DNA from: Thermodesulfobacteriota bacterium
GTDB lineage: Bacteria; Desulfobacterota; Thermodesulfobacteria; Thermodesulfobacteriales; Thermodesulfobacteriaceae
DNA length: 64,000 nt
Direction of reading: 5' to 3'
Assembly: GCA_013153525.1 (NCBI GenBank)
Contig: JAADEG010000008.1
Coordinates: 8,191-72,190 of the forward strand
The notes beneath the pieces were generated by a model. That model searched no databases and was not told the origin of the DNA. It saw nothing but the letters and a program-made list of their open reading frames with translations. The translations under genes and the position numbers were made by a program. Shown here piece by piece: positions 13,499 to 22,392 of the stretch (within the stretch, counting starts at the first letter, position 1; every line of letters begins with the position of its first letter).

Positions 13499-14092
13499 AT
13501 GAAAGTCAAGGATTGGATGATAAGAGATGTAATAACGGCTTCTCCTGAACAAACAGTAGAAGAAGCTATTCAATTAATGAAAAAACACTCCATAAGACAC
13601 CTTCCTATAGTTGAAAACGAAAGATTGGTTGGATTTGTTACTGAAAGCAACTTAAGACCTTATTTGTATCCTGACAAATTAAGTCTGCCTTTAAAAGAGG
13701 TTATGATTCTAAATCCTATTACTATTGAGCCAGATACTTACATAGACGAGGCTGCGAGAATTATTTATAGGTACAAGATTGGTGGTTTGCCTGTGGTTTA
13801 TCAGGGAAGACTCGTTGGAATAATAACTATTACTGACATACTTGAGGCTTTTATTGAGTTGATGGGACTTCTCAGGTCCTCTGCAAGAGTTGATGTAATT
13901 CCTCGGGAGGGGAATCTTGACGAGGTTCTTGAAATTATTCGTAGAGGTGGAGGTAAGGTAATTTCCATAGGAATGGATGTAAACATTGACGGAGACAAAG
14001 TTTATCTGATAAGGCTTGAAAAAATTCCTCTTGATAGAATTGCCTCTGAGCTTGAGGCTCAAGGGCACAGAGTTATATCTTTTATTGAATAG
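13499..14092 (+). CDS. CBS-pair + ACT-like domain protein (AcuB-like)
   Basis: MKVKDWM, IRHLPIV, KIGGLPVV, GIITITDIL followed by a short ACT-like C-terminus. Confidence 0.85.
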   Translation: MKVKDWMIRDVITASPEQTVEEAIQLMKKHSIRHLPIVENERLVGFVTESNLRPYLYPDKLSLPLKEVMILNPITIEPDTYIDEAARIIYRYKIGGLPVVYQGRLVGIITITDILEAFIELMGLLRSSARVDVIPREGNLDEVLEIIRRGGGKVISIGMDVNIDGDKVYLIRLEKIPLDRIASELEAQGHRVISFIE

Positions 14093-14104
14093 CTGGAGGC
14101 TTTT

Positions 14105-15292
14105 ATGTCTGAATTTAAGGTTAAAAAAACCTTAGAAGAAATAAATAAAAAAATTGAAAAAGGTGAAGCTGTTGTTTTAACTGCTGAAGAATTTTGTAAA
14201 CTCGTAAAGGAAACAGGACCTGTAAATGCTGCAAAAGAGGTTGATGTTGTTACCACAGGAACCTTTTCTCCTATGTGTTCTTCTGGAGCTTTTATAAACT
14301 TTGGGCATTCAATTCCTACTATAAAAGCTTATAGAGTGTGGTTAAACGATGTTCCAGCCTATGCAGGAATTGCAGCAGTTGACATATACATAGGTGCAGC
14401 AGAACCAAGAGAAGACGATCCTCTTAATAAAGTCTTTCCCGGACAATTTCCTTATGGTGGAGGACATGTAATTCACGATCTCGTAGCAGGAAGAAAAATT
14501 CACTTAAGAGCAATTGGATACGGTACGCATTGTTATCCCAGAAAAACCTTTGAAACAGAAATCACTATTGATAGCGTTGTAAATGCTGTTTTATGCAATC
14601 CGAGAAACGCCTATCAAAATTACGCTTGTGCTGTTAATCTTTCTGATAAAATGCTTTACACTTACATGGGAGTATTAAAACCAAATCTTGGAAATGCTAA
14701 TTACGCTACAGCTGGGTGTTTGTCTCCGCTTTTAAAAGATCCTTACCTAAAAACCATAGGTATAGGTACGCGAATTTTCTTAGGTGGAGCAAAAGGATAC
14801 ATTATATGGGCTGGTACTCAACACAGAACTCAGGTTAAGAGAACGGAGAAAGGAGTACCTATAGAACCTGCTGCAACGCTTATGGTAATAGGAAACCTAA
14901 AAGAAATGAGTCCTGAGTTTCTCGTAGGAACGAGTCACATAGGATACGGATGTTCTATGGCTGTAGGGCTTGGTATTCCAATACCTATTTTAAACGAAGA
15001 AGTAGCATTTTGGGCTGGTTTATCTGACGAAGACATTTTTACTCAGGTAATAGATTACTCTTACGACTATCCAAATGGAATAAAGCGGAACTACGGAATA
15101 GTTAGTTATGCAGAGCTAAAGAGCGGGAAAATAAACATAATGGGTAAGGAGGTGCCAACTTCACCGGTTTCAAGCCTGCCAAAGGCAAGAAAAATTGCAC
15201 AAATTTTAAAAGAGTGGATACAAAAAGGAGAAATGCTTCTTACAGAACCAGTTAGTGCTTTACCTGGTGCAAGCTTATTTCCTATGAGATAA
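14105..15292 (+). CDS. DUF39 homocysteine biosynthesis protein (L-aspartate semialdehyde sulfurtransferase, MA1821-like)
   Basis: KTLEEINKKI, VDVVTTGTFSPMCSSG, YGGGHVI, NPRNAYQNY, DPYLKTIGIGTRIFLGG, GTQH. Confidence 0.88.
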   Translation: MSEFKVKKTLEEINKKIEKGEAVVLTAEEFCKLVKETGPVNAAKEVDVVTTGTFSPMCSSGAFINFGHSIPTIKAYRVWLNDVPAYAGIAAVDIYIGAAEPREDDPLNKVFPGQFPYGGGHVIHDLVAGRKIHLRAIGYGTHCYPRKTFETEITIDSVVNAVLCNPRNAYQNYACAVNLSDKMLYTYMGVLKPNLGNANYATAGCLSPLLKDPYLKTIGIGTRIFLGGAKGYIIWAGTQHRTQVKRTEKGVPIEPAATLMVIGNLKEMSPEFLVGTSHIGYGCSMAVGLGIPIPILNEEVAFWAGLSDEDIFTQVIDYSYDYPNGIKRNYGIVSYAELKSGKINIMGKEVPTSPVSSLPKARKIAQILKEWIQKGEMLLTEPVSALPGASLFPMR

Positions 15293-15314
15293 AAAGTTCA
15301 GACAGGAGGCAAAA

Positions 15315-15842
15315 ATGGAAACTTTTTTAACGGTCTTTCAGATAATTCTTGCGATTTTAATAATTTTAATCGTGCTTGTTAATGTTACTAAAGGTTCTGA
15401 ATACGGAGCAGTTTTTAGAGGTGCTGAAACCGTTTTTGGTGGTGAGGGTCCCACGAGCTTTTTAAACAAAGTTATAATGGGACTCACAGTGCTTTTTTTT
15501 ATAAATTCCCTGTTTTTGACCAAACTAATAACTAACAAAAACAAAATACCTCAAGTTCAGGTGCCAACTGTTAAGCCACCAGCCAAACAGATACCGGTTC
15601 CTGAAACTCCACCCTCTTCAATTCCCGTACCACCTAAGTCTCCAGCAGAAACGACCTCTAAAACACCAGTTAAACCAGCAAAACCCGTAATCCCTGAAAA
15701 AACCAAAAACTCTGAAAAACCAAAAGCAGAACTAAAAAAGGAAAACTTAAAGGCTAAAAAGGTTAAAAAGTCTGAAAAGACTCCACAGGAGGTAAAAACT
15801 CAAGAAAAATCCAAGCCTTCAAAAGCCTCGGAGAAAAAGTAG
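15315..15842 (+). CDS. secG: Preprotein translocase subunit SecG with long Pro/Lys-rich tail
   Basis: Two TM helices flanking KGSEYGAVFRGAETVFGGEG...FLNK loop. Confidence 0.8.
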   Translation: METFLTVFQIILAILIILIVLVNVTKGSEYGAVFRGAETVFGGEGPTSFLNKVIMGLTVLFFINSLFLTKLITNKNKIPQVQVPTVKPPAKQIPVPETPPSSIPVPPKSPAETTSKTPVKPAKPVIPEKTKNSEKPKAELKKENLKAKKVKKSEKTPQEVKTQEKSKPSKASEKK

Positions 15843-15847
15843 TCTAA

Positions 15848-17011
15848 ATGAAAGGCATAGGTATATTTGGAGCAACTGGATCTATTGGTAAGTCTGCCTT
15901 AGACATTCTTAAAAGACACAAAAGCAGGTTTAGACCTGTTGTCTTAACCTGCAAAAAAAACATCTCAGAACTTTTGAAGTTTGCTGAAGAGTTCAAAGTT
16001 CCTTACTTGGTCGTTGAAACAGAAGAACACGCACGAAGACTTAAAGACCAGCTTAGTTATTCTGCTCGTGTATTGTGGGGAGACGAAGGACTTAAAGAGT
16101 GTGCAATGTTAGAAGAGGTTGATACCTTGGTAGTTGGAATATCGGGTATAAAAGGTATAATCCCTGCTTATTACGGACTTAAAACCGGAAAAAGAGTAGC
16201 AATAGCTAATAAAGAAAGTATAATAGCTGGAGGAAAGTTTTTAAAGCTTGCTCAAGAAGAAGGAAAAGGTTTTTTAATTCCTGTTGACAGCGAGCATTCC
16301 TCTATATTTCAGCTTTTAGAAGGAAGACAACACGAGGTTTTAGAAATAATCCTTACTGCATCAGGAGGTCCATTTTACAAACTACCTTTGGAAAAGTTTG
16401 ATGAAATCACTCCTGAGCAGGCAATAGCTCATCCTAATTGGAAAATGGGAGCGAAAATCTCTGTAGATTCTGCAACTTTAATGAACAAAGGTTTTGAAGT
16501 AATAGAAGCCTGTTTTTTGTTTAACATGCCTCCTGAAAAAGTAAAGGTGGTAATACATCCTCAGAGTCTGGTTCACGGAATAGTTAAAATGAAAGACGGA
16601 AGTTACTTTTTTCACATGAGTTATCCAGACATGAGGCTTCCCATAGCTTATGCCTTGTTTTATCCGGAAAGACCGTCTGACATAGGAGTAAAAGAGGTTG
16701 ACCTCGTAGAAATTGGCAAGTTAATTTTTGAAGCCCCTGATTTAAAGAAATTTCCCTGCTTAAAACTTGCTTACGAGGTAATAAAAAAAGGAGGTATTTA
16801 TCCCCTCATTCTTGAAGCAGGAGACGAAGTAGTAGTTGATGCTTTTTTAAGTAGAAAGATAAGTTTTAAGGAGATTCCAGAGTATCTGCAAAAATTAATT
16901 GAAAACTTTAAACCAGTTAAGTGTGAGCTTGAAAGTATTGAGGAATTGTTAAGTCTTCACAAAGAAGTAGTTAATTTTACATGGAATCTCATTGAAAGGA
17001 GTCGTAATTGA
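15848..17011 (+). CDS. dxr: 1-deoxy-D-xylulose-5-phosphate reductoisomerase
   Basis: GATGSIG, ANKES, PVDSEH, LTASGGPF, HPNWKMGAKISVDSATLMNKG. Confidence 0.97.
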   Translation: MKGIGIFGATGSIGKSALDILKRHKSRFRPVVLTCKKNISELLKFAEEFKVPYLVVETEEHARRLKDQLSYSARVLWGDEGLKECAMLEEVDTLVVGISGIKGIIPAYYGLKTGKRVAIANKESIIAGGKFLKLAQEEGKGFLIPVDSEHSSIFQLLEGRQHEVLEIILTASGGPFYKLPLEKFDEITPEQAIAHPNWKMGAKISVDSATLMNKGFEVIEACFLFNMPPEKVKVVIHPQSLVHGIVKMKDGSYFFHMSYPDMRLPIAYALFYPERPSDIGVKEVDLVEIGKLIFEAPDLKKFPCLKLAYEVIKKGGIYPLILEAGDEVVVDAFLSRKISFKEIPEYLQKLIENFKPVKCELESIEELLSLHKEVVNFTWNLIERSRN

Positions 17012-18117
17012 CGCAGGAGGCTAATTTTATTCACTTCGTTTATACTGTTCTTGCAACTATTGGAGTTATAGGAATTCTGATTTTTATCCACGAATTTGGA
17101 CACTTTATAGTAGCTAAGTGGATGGGAGTAAGGGTTGAGATTTTTTCTCTTGGATTTGGACCAAAGATATTTGGGATTAAAGGAGGTGAAACCGAATACA
17201 GGCTGTCTCTTGTACCTCTTGGAGGTTATGTCAAACTATACGGAGAAAATCCAGAAGAGGCTCCTAATCTTCCTGACAAGGATAGAACCTTTTATTACAA
17301 AAAGGTCTGGCAAAAGGCTCTCATAGTTCTTGCAGGACCTCTTATGAACTTCGTATTTCCTGTTTTGGTTTTCTGGATTCTGTTTTCTACCACGGGTGTG
17401 TATGTAATTCCTCCAAAGGTCGGTAAGGTGTTGCCAAATACACCTGCTCAAAAAGCTGGATTAAAACCAGGTGACGAAATACTTGCTATAAACGGAAAAA
17501 GGGTTCACTCCTTTGAAAGCCTGGTTCTTTACCTAAGAGAACACACTGAGTTAAAGGAAGTTACTCTTAAGATAAAAAGAGACGGCAAAATTTTTACTGT
17601 GGTAATCCATCCAGCTTACAGAGAAGGTTACAACATTTTTAGGAAAAAAACGAAAATTCCCTACATAGGAATTACAGCTAAGCCTACTTTTATTCACAAA
17701 AAGTACGGGGTAGTAAAAGCATTCGTTTTGGCAGTTAAAAAAGTATGGGACATTACATACCTTACCCTTGTTGCAGTTGTAAAACTCGTTCTTGGAGAGC
17801 TACCTTTTTCAACTCTTGGTGGACCCATAACCATTGGAAAAATGATAGGACAAAATGTTCAATACGGACTCTTACCCCTTCTTTCTTTTACTGCGTTTTT
17901 ATCAATAAACCTCGGTATTATTAATCTTCTTCCAATTCCTATGCTTGACGGAGGGCACCTTGTTATTTACTTAGTAGAAGCCATAAGAGGAAGACCTATC
18001 TCTTTAAAAACTCTTGAACTTATTTTAAAAATAGGAATAGTAATTCTCATAGCCCTTATGATCGCGGTATTTTACAACGACATAATAAAACTTTTAAGCG
18101 GATGGAAGCACCCTTAA
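17008..18117 (+). CDS. rseP: RIP metalloprotease RseP
   Basis: HEFGH, PLGGYV, PDZ, NLLPIPMLDGG. Confidence 0.96.
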   Translation: MTQEANFIHFVYTVLATIGVIGILIFIHEFGHFIVAKWMGVRVEIFSLGFGPKIFGIKGGETEYRLSLVPLGGYVKLYGENPEEAPNLPDKDRTFYYKKVWQKALIVLAGPLMNFVFPVLVFWILFSTTGVYVIPPKVGKVLPNTPAQKAGLKPGDEILAINGKRVHSFESLVLYLREHTELKEVTLKIKRDGKIFTVVIHPAYREGYNIFRKKTKIPYIGITAKPTFIHKKYGVVKAFVLAVKKVWDITYLTLVAVVKLVLGELPFSTLGGPITIGKMIGQNVQYGLLPLLSFTAFLSINLGIINLLPIPMLDGGHLVIYLVEAIRGRPISLKTLELILKIGIVILIALMIAVFYNDIIKLLSGWKHP

Positions 18118-18824
18118 TTCTGAGTATAGAAACCTCTGGTAAGTCTGGAGGGGTTTGTCTTTTTAAAGAAAAGCCCCTTTGTAGTATAAGCTTTGGTTCC
18201 AGAGAATCCTACTCTAAAAAGCTATTTTCTGCTCTTGAGTATTTAAGAGATTACGAAAACTTTAGTCTTGGGAAGTTAGATTTTATAGTAGTAGATGTTG
18301 GTCCTGGAAGTTTTACAGGCTTAAGGATTGGTCTTTCTGTTGTAAAAGCCTTTTGTTTAGAAAGTCCTGAATTAAAAGTCATTCCTGTTAGTAGCCTTGA
18401 GGTACTGGCAGGACGATTCGTGGGATGTCCTCACGAGCTCGTTTGCGTTATAAATGCTTATGGAGGTGAAGTATTTATAGGAATTTATCACTGGGAAAAA
18501 GATAAATTAATTCCAGAGTTAAAACCCTGTTTACTCAAGGTAGAAAAAGCCAAGGAACTCGTTAAAAGCATTGAAAAAACTGCTATTTTCCTAAGTGAAA
18601 CCCCTGAACTCTTTCGTAAATACTTTAAAGAAGTCAAAAAGGACTTGATTCTTCCTGAAGAATTGATAAGTTTAAGTCCTGAAATTACTGCAAAAATCGG
18701 GTACTTAAAGTATAGGCTTTATAAAGAAAAAGCCTTTGTTTCTGCAAGTGAATTAAGACCTCTTTACTTAAAGGCATCTGAGGCAGAAAGAAAGTCTGGT
18801 TTGTTACTCACATGTTTGGAGTAA
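18102..18824 (+). CDS. tsaB: tRNA threonylcarbamoyladenosine biosynthesis protein TsaB
   Basis: [26 protein letters not shown]. Confidence 0.92.
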   Translation: MEAPLILSIETSGKSGGVCLFKEKPLCSISFGSRESYSKKLFSALEYLRDYENFSLGKLDFIVVDVGPGSFTGLRIGLSVVKAFCLESPELKVIPVSSLEVLAGRFVGCPHELVCVINAYGGEVFIGIYHWEKDKLIPELKPCLLKVEKAKELVKSIEKTAIFLSETPELFRKYFKEVKKDLILPEELISLSPEITAKIGYLKYRLYKEKAFVSASELRPLYLKASEAERKSGLLLTCLE

Positions 18825-19786
18825 TTTTAAAAAGAATTTTAGTTTTTCTCGTTACTTTGTTTGGAATAACCGTTATTAGTTTCTCTATAATACACCTTGC
18901 TCCTGGTGGACCCGTGTCCACCTTTAATCCAAAAATTAGTCCTGAATACAGAAAGCAGTTAATAAAGATGTACGGACTTGACAAACCTTTGTATGTGCAA
19001 TACTGGAGGTGGCTAAAAGGCATAGTACACCTTGACTTTGGTTATTCCCTTGCTCCTGATCACAGACCAGTTTGGGACAAAATTAAAGAAAGACTTCCAA
19101 TTACCCTTTTTATCAATGTGGTGTCCATGATAATTATTCTTTTGGTAAGTATTCCCATAGGTGTTTACTGTGCAGTGAAGGCTAATACATTTATTGAAAG
19201 AATAATAACGGTTATCGTTTTTATTGGTTATGCAATGCCAAACTTTTGGTTTGCAATAATTCTTTTAATGATATTTGGAGTAAAACTACACCTCATACCC
19301 ATCTCAGGACTTCACTCAACGGTTGGTTACGAACAAATGAGTCTTTGGCAAAAAATCTTAGACTGGGCAAAACACCTCATTGCTCCTCTTTGCGTAGCAA
19401 CCTTTGGTGGAATAGCTGGAATTTCAAGGTACATAAGAAACTCCATGCTTGAGGTATTATCCTCAGACTACATCCTGTTTGCAAGAATAAAAGGGCTTCC
19501 AGAAAAAAGGATATTATACAAACACGCATTAAGAAACGCTTTACTTCCACTTATTACCATACTTGGATTGTCTGTTCCAGGACTCGTTGGAGGAAGCGTT
19601 ATATTTGAAACCATATTTGGAATACCAGGAGTTGGACAGCTCATGTGGCAAGCAGTTATGGCAAGGGATTATCCGGTAATAATGGCAAATCTTTTGATAG
19701 TTGCAGTGCTAACACTCTTAGGGAACTTCCTTGCTGACATTTGTTATTGCATAGCAGATCCAAGAATAAAAATGGAAAACAAGTAA
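18812..19786 (+). CDS. Peptide/nickel ABC transporter permease (OppB/DppB type)
   Basis: [21 protein letters not shown]-loop [21 protein letters not shown]. Confidence 0.93.
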   Translation: MFGVILKRILVFLVTLFGITVISFSIIHLAPGGPVSTFNPKISPEYRKQLIKMYGLDKPLYVQYWRWLKGIVHLDFGYSLAPDHRPVWDKIKERLPITLFINVVSMIIILLVSIPIGVYCAVKANTFIERIITVIVFIGYAMPNFWFAIILLMIFGVKLHLIPISGLHSTVGYEQMSLWQKILDWAKHLIAPLCVATFGGIAGISRYIRNSMLEVLSSDYILFARIKGLPEKRILYKHALRNALLPLITILGLSVPGLVGGSVIFETIFGIPGVGQLMWQAVMARDYPVIMANLLIVAVLTLLGNFLADICYCIADPRIKMENK

Positions 19787-19787
19787 C

Positions 19788-20630
19788 ATGAAAGACTTTT
19801 TTTACAGGATACTTACTCACAGAGTGGCTTGTGTGTGTTTTTTCGTTATTTTAGGACTTATAGTTCTTGCGATTTTTGCACCTTACATAGCTCCTTACGA
19901 TCCTTTTAAAATCAATGTTAACGAGATTCTACAGCCTCCTTCTTTATCCCATCCTTTAGGAACTGATCTCCTTGGAAGGGATGTTTTAAGTAGAATTATT
20001 TATGGTTGCAGGATATCTCTTGAAGTAAGCGTCGTAGCTGTTGGAATTTCAATTTTGATAGGAACTTTTATTGGAGCAATTGCAGGATACTTTGGAGGAA
20101 TTATTGATCAAGTGATATGCAGATTTATAGACACTATGCTTTGTTTTCCGACGATATTTTTGATTCTTGCAGTGATTGCGTATCTTGAGCCTTCTATTTT
20201 AACGATAATGGTAGTTATAGGTGTTACGAGCTGGATGGGAGTTGCAAGACTCGTAAGAGCTGAAATTCTTTCTTTAAAAGAAAGAGACTTCGTAAAAGCT
20301 GCAAAACTTTACGGAGCAGGAGCTTTAAGAATAATACTTTATCACCTCATTCCAAATGCACTTCCACCGATATTAGTGTCTGCTTCTCTTGGTTTTGGGC
20401 AGGCAATTTTAATAGAGTCAGCGCTTTCTTTTCTTGGAATAGGTGTTCAGCCTCCTATTCCTTCCTGGGGTAACATGCTTATTGAAGGTAAAGACACTCT
20501 TGGGGTTGCGTGGTGGCTTTCGGTTTTCCCTGGAGTAGCTATACTCATTACAGTCCTTGCTTTTACTCTTTTTGGAGAGAGTCTCCAAGAAATTTTAAAT
20601 CCCAAGTTGTCTCAAAAAAAGACAAAGTGA
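19788..20630 (+). CDS. Peptide/nickel ABC transporter permease (OppC/DppC type)
   Basis: HPLGTDLLGRDV, ARLVRAE, DFVKAAK, ESALSFLGIG, PSWGNML. Confidence 0.93.
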   Translation: MKDFFYRILTHRVACVCFFVILGLIVLAIFAPYIAPYDPFKINVNEILQPPSLSHPLGTDLLGRDVLSRIIYGCRISLEVSVVAVGISILIGTFIGAIAGYFGGIIDQVICRFIDTMLCFPTIFLILAVIAYLEPSILTIMVVIGVTSWMGVARLVRAEILSLKERDFVKAAKLYGAGALRIILYHLIPNALPPILVSASLGFGQAILIESALSFLGIGVQPPIPSWGNMLIEGKDTLGVAWWLSVFPGVAILITVLAFTLFGESLQEILNPKLSQKKTK

Positions 20631-20704
20631 GAATTAAGTTTGACTTTTGATTTTATTGCACTATTATTACATAATACGAAAAAGCTTAAACTGGTGAAGT
20701 TTTT

Positions 20705-20779
20705 ATGAAAAAAGTAGAAGTTCTCTTAGCGATTGAAAAGTTTGAAAGAGCCTTGATTTGGTTAAAGGAAAGGGTATAA
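20705..20779 (+). CDS. Putative 24-aa upstream small ORF (MKKVEVLLAIEKFERALIWLKERV)
   Basis: ATG 20705 after GGTGA; TAA 20777-20779 two nt before the next ATG (20782); below ORF-track length cutoff. Confidence 0.35.
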   Translation: MKKVEVLLAIEKFERALIWLKERV

Positions 20780-20781
20780 AC

Positions 20782-21981
20782 ATGCTAAAATTGGAATTGT
20801 TTCAATTAAAAACTCACGAGATCATTTACAAAAATGCAGAAAAAATTCTTAAGTTTATCCAAAATTCAGATGCAGAGCTTCTGGTTCTTCCAGAACTTGC
20901 ACTTACAGGCTACAAACTTGAACCTTTACCTTCTTCTTGCCAAATAACTCAAGAATTTATAGATGAACACCTTAAAGAATTTCAAAAGGCTTTAAAACCA
21001 GAGCAAATTCTCGTAATCGGAGCTCCTTTATTTAAAGAAAAAGAAATTTATAATTCTGCTTACTTAGTCTCTAAGGAAAACATAGAAGTTATTGCTGAGA
21101 AGTATCTATTGTTTCCTGGGGTTGACGACCAGTTTACACCGGGTATCACTCGTAAAATTTTTAAATTTAAAAATTTCAAAATAGGTGTTATTTTGTGTTT
21201 TGAACTAAGGGCACCTGAAATTTTTAGGGAATTTTTTAAACAAGGTGTAAATCTCGTTTTGGTAATAGCTCAATGGCCTGTTTCAAGAATTTCTCATTGG
21301 GATGCTTTGTTATCTGCAAGAGCAATAGAAAACAGATTCTTCGTTGCTGGGGTTAATGCACTGGGATTTTCAAAAATAGTTTCCCCTGAAGGAGACACAA
21401 TAAAGTGTGCTAAAGACGAGGAATGTACTTTATACGCTCAAATAAGCTCAGAAGTACCTCAATTACCTTATCCAATAAGGTCTCCTTTTTTGAAACTTTA
21501 TCCAAATAAAGTTAAAACCCTTGAAGAACTAAAACGCATAATTGAAAATCGTAGAAAAAAAGGGCAGACTTTTGTCTTTACTAATGGTTGTTTTGACATA
21601 CTTCACGCAGGGCATGTTGACTACTTACAAAAGGCAAGAAAATTAGGAGACTTCTTAGTAGTAGGACTTAACAGCGACAGCTCCGTAAAAAAAATAAAAG
21701 GAAAACACAGACCAGTTAATCCTGAAGTATTCAGAGCACAGGTATTATCTGCCCTTGAGTGCGTGGATTATATAGTGATTTTTGAAGAAGAAACCCCTGA
21801 AAAATTAATAAAAGAGCTTAGACCTGACATCCTCGTAAAAGGAGCAGATTGGGAAGAAGACAAGATAGTTGGAGCAGACTTCGTTAAAAGCTATGGAGGA
21901 AAAGTAGAAAGGATAAGATTTACTTACCAAATTTCAACTACTGCAATAATAGAAAAAATCTTAAGCAATCTCGTTAAGTAA
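20782..21981 (+). CDS. Fusion: carbon-nitrogen hydrolase (nitrilase/Nit family) + D-glycero-beta-D-manno-heptose-1-phosphate adenylyltransferase (RfaE domain II / HldC)
   Basis: N-term PELALTGY, EKYLLF, LCFELRAPE, ARAIEN; C-term FTNGCFDILHAGHVDYL, VVGLNSDSSV, KGADW, STT; start at ATG 20782 preferred over TTG 20758. Confidence 0.88.
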   Translation: MLKLELFQLKTHEIIYKNAEKILKFIQNSDAELLVLPELALTGYKLEPLPSSCQITQEFIDEHLKEFQKALKPEQILVIGAPLFKEKEIYNSAYLVSKENIEVIAEKYLLFPGVDDQFTPGITRKIFKFKNFKIGVILCFELRAPEIFREFFKQGVNLVLVIAQWPVSRISHWDALLSARAIENRFFVAGVNALGFSKIVSPEGDTIKCAKDEECTLYAQISSEVPQLPYPIRSPFLKLYPNKVKTLEELKRIIENRRKKGQTFVFTNGCFDILHAGHVDYLQKARKLGDFLVVGLNSDSSVKKIKGKHRPVNPEVFRAQVLSALECVDYIVIFEEETPEKLIKELRPDILVKGADWEEDKIVGADFVKSYGGKVERIRFTYQISTTAIIEKILSNLVK

Positions 21982-22284
21982 GTTTCCTATCATAGCCCTT
22001 GCAATTTCTCTATTGGAAACATTATAAGTGCCTGCCTGAACCTGCTGTTTTATTTGAGCAACTCTTTCCTCTCTAACTTCTGGCATGTTTACTGCTCTAT
22101 TTACTGCATTTTCAACCATGTTTCTTGCCTGAAATCTTACGACTTCTCTCGTTCTTACGCGAGCTTGAACTCTATTCTGCACCTGTGCACCACCAGCTTC
22201 TCTTGCTCCTGCTACCTCTCTTCTATTCTGTCTTGCGCCTCTAACCTCCTCTGTATTCTTTCCCCCCAGCTCGTTTATTTTCAT
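21961..22284 (-). CDS. flgM: Anti-sigma-28 factor FlgM
   Basis: C-terminal PEVREERVAQIKQQVQAGTYNVSNREIARAM; start ATG 22284 after GGGGTGA, downstream of a sigma-28 promoter. Confidence 0.88.
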   Translation of the reverse strand: MKINELGGKNTEEVRGARQNRREVAGAREAGGAQVQNRVQARVRTREVVRFQARNMVENAVNRAVNMPEVREERVAQIKQQVQAGTYNVSNREIARAMIGNLLNEIA

Positions 22285-22316
22285 GTACATCACCCCAGGT
22301 GTATTTTTTATATTAT

Positions 22317-22343
22317 TTATCGGCATAATTCATCCCTCCTTTA
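22317..22343 (-). promoter_or_regulatory. Sigma-28 (FliA) promoter of flgM
   Basis: Minus strand TAAA-ggagggatgaattat (15 nt)-GCCGATAA, exact consensus. Confidence 0.9.
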
Positions 22344-22392
22344 GGTCTTTTTTATCCCCTTTTTTAAAATAATAATACCTTTAAATTTTTTG

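Noticed and set aside
15953-15960. A8 and similar homopolymer runs as phase-variation or frameshift sites
   Set aside because: Such runs are common in this Lys-rich, AT-rich genome, and the reading frames are intact.
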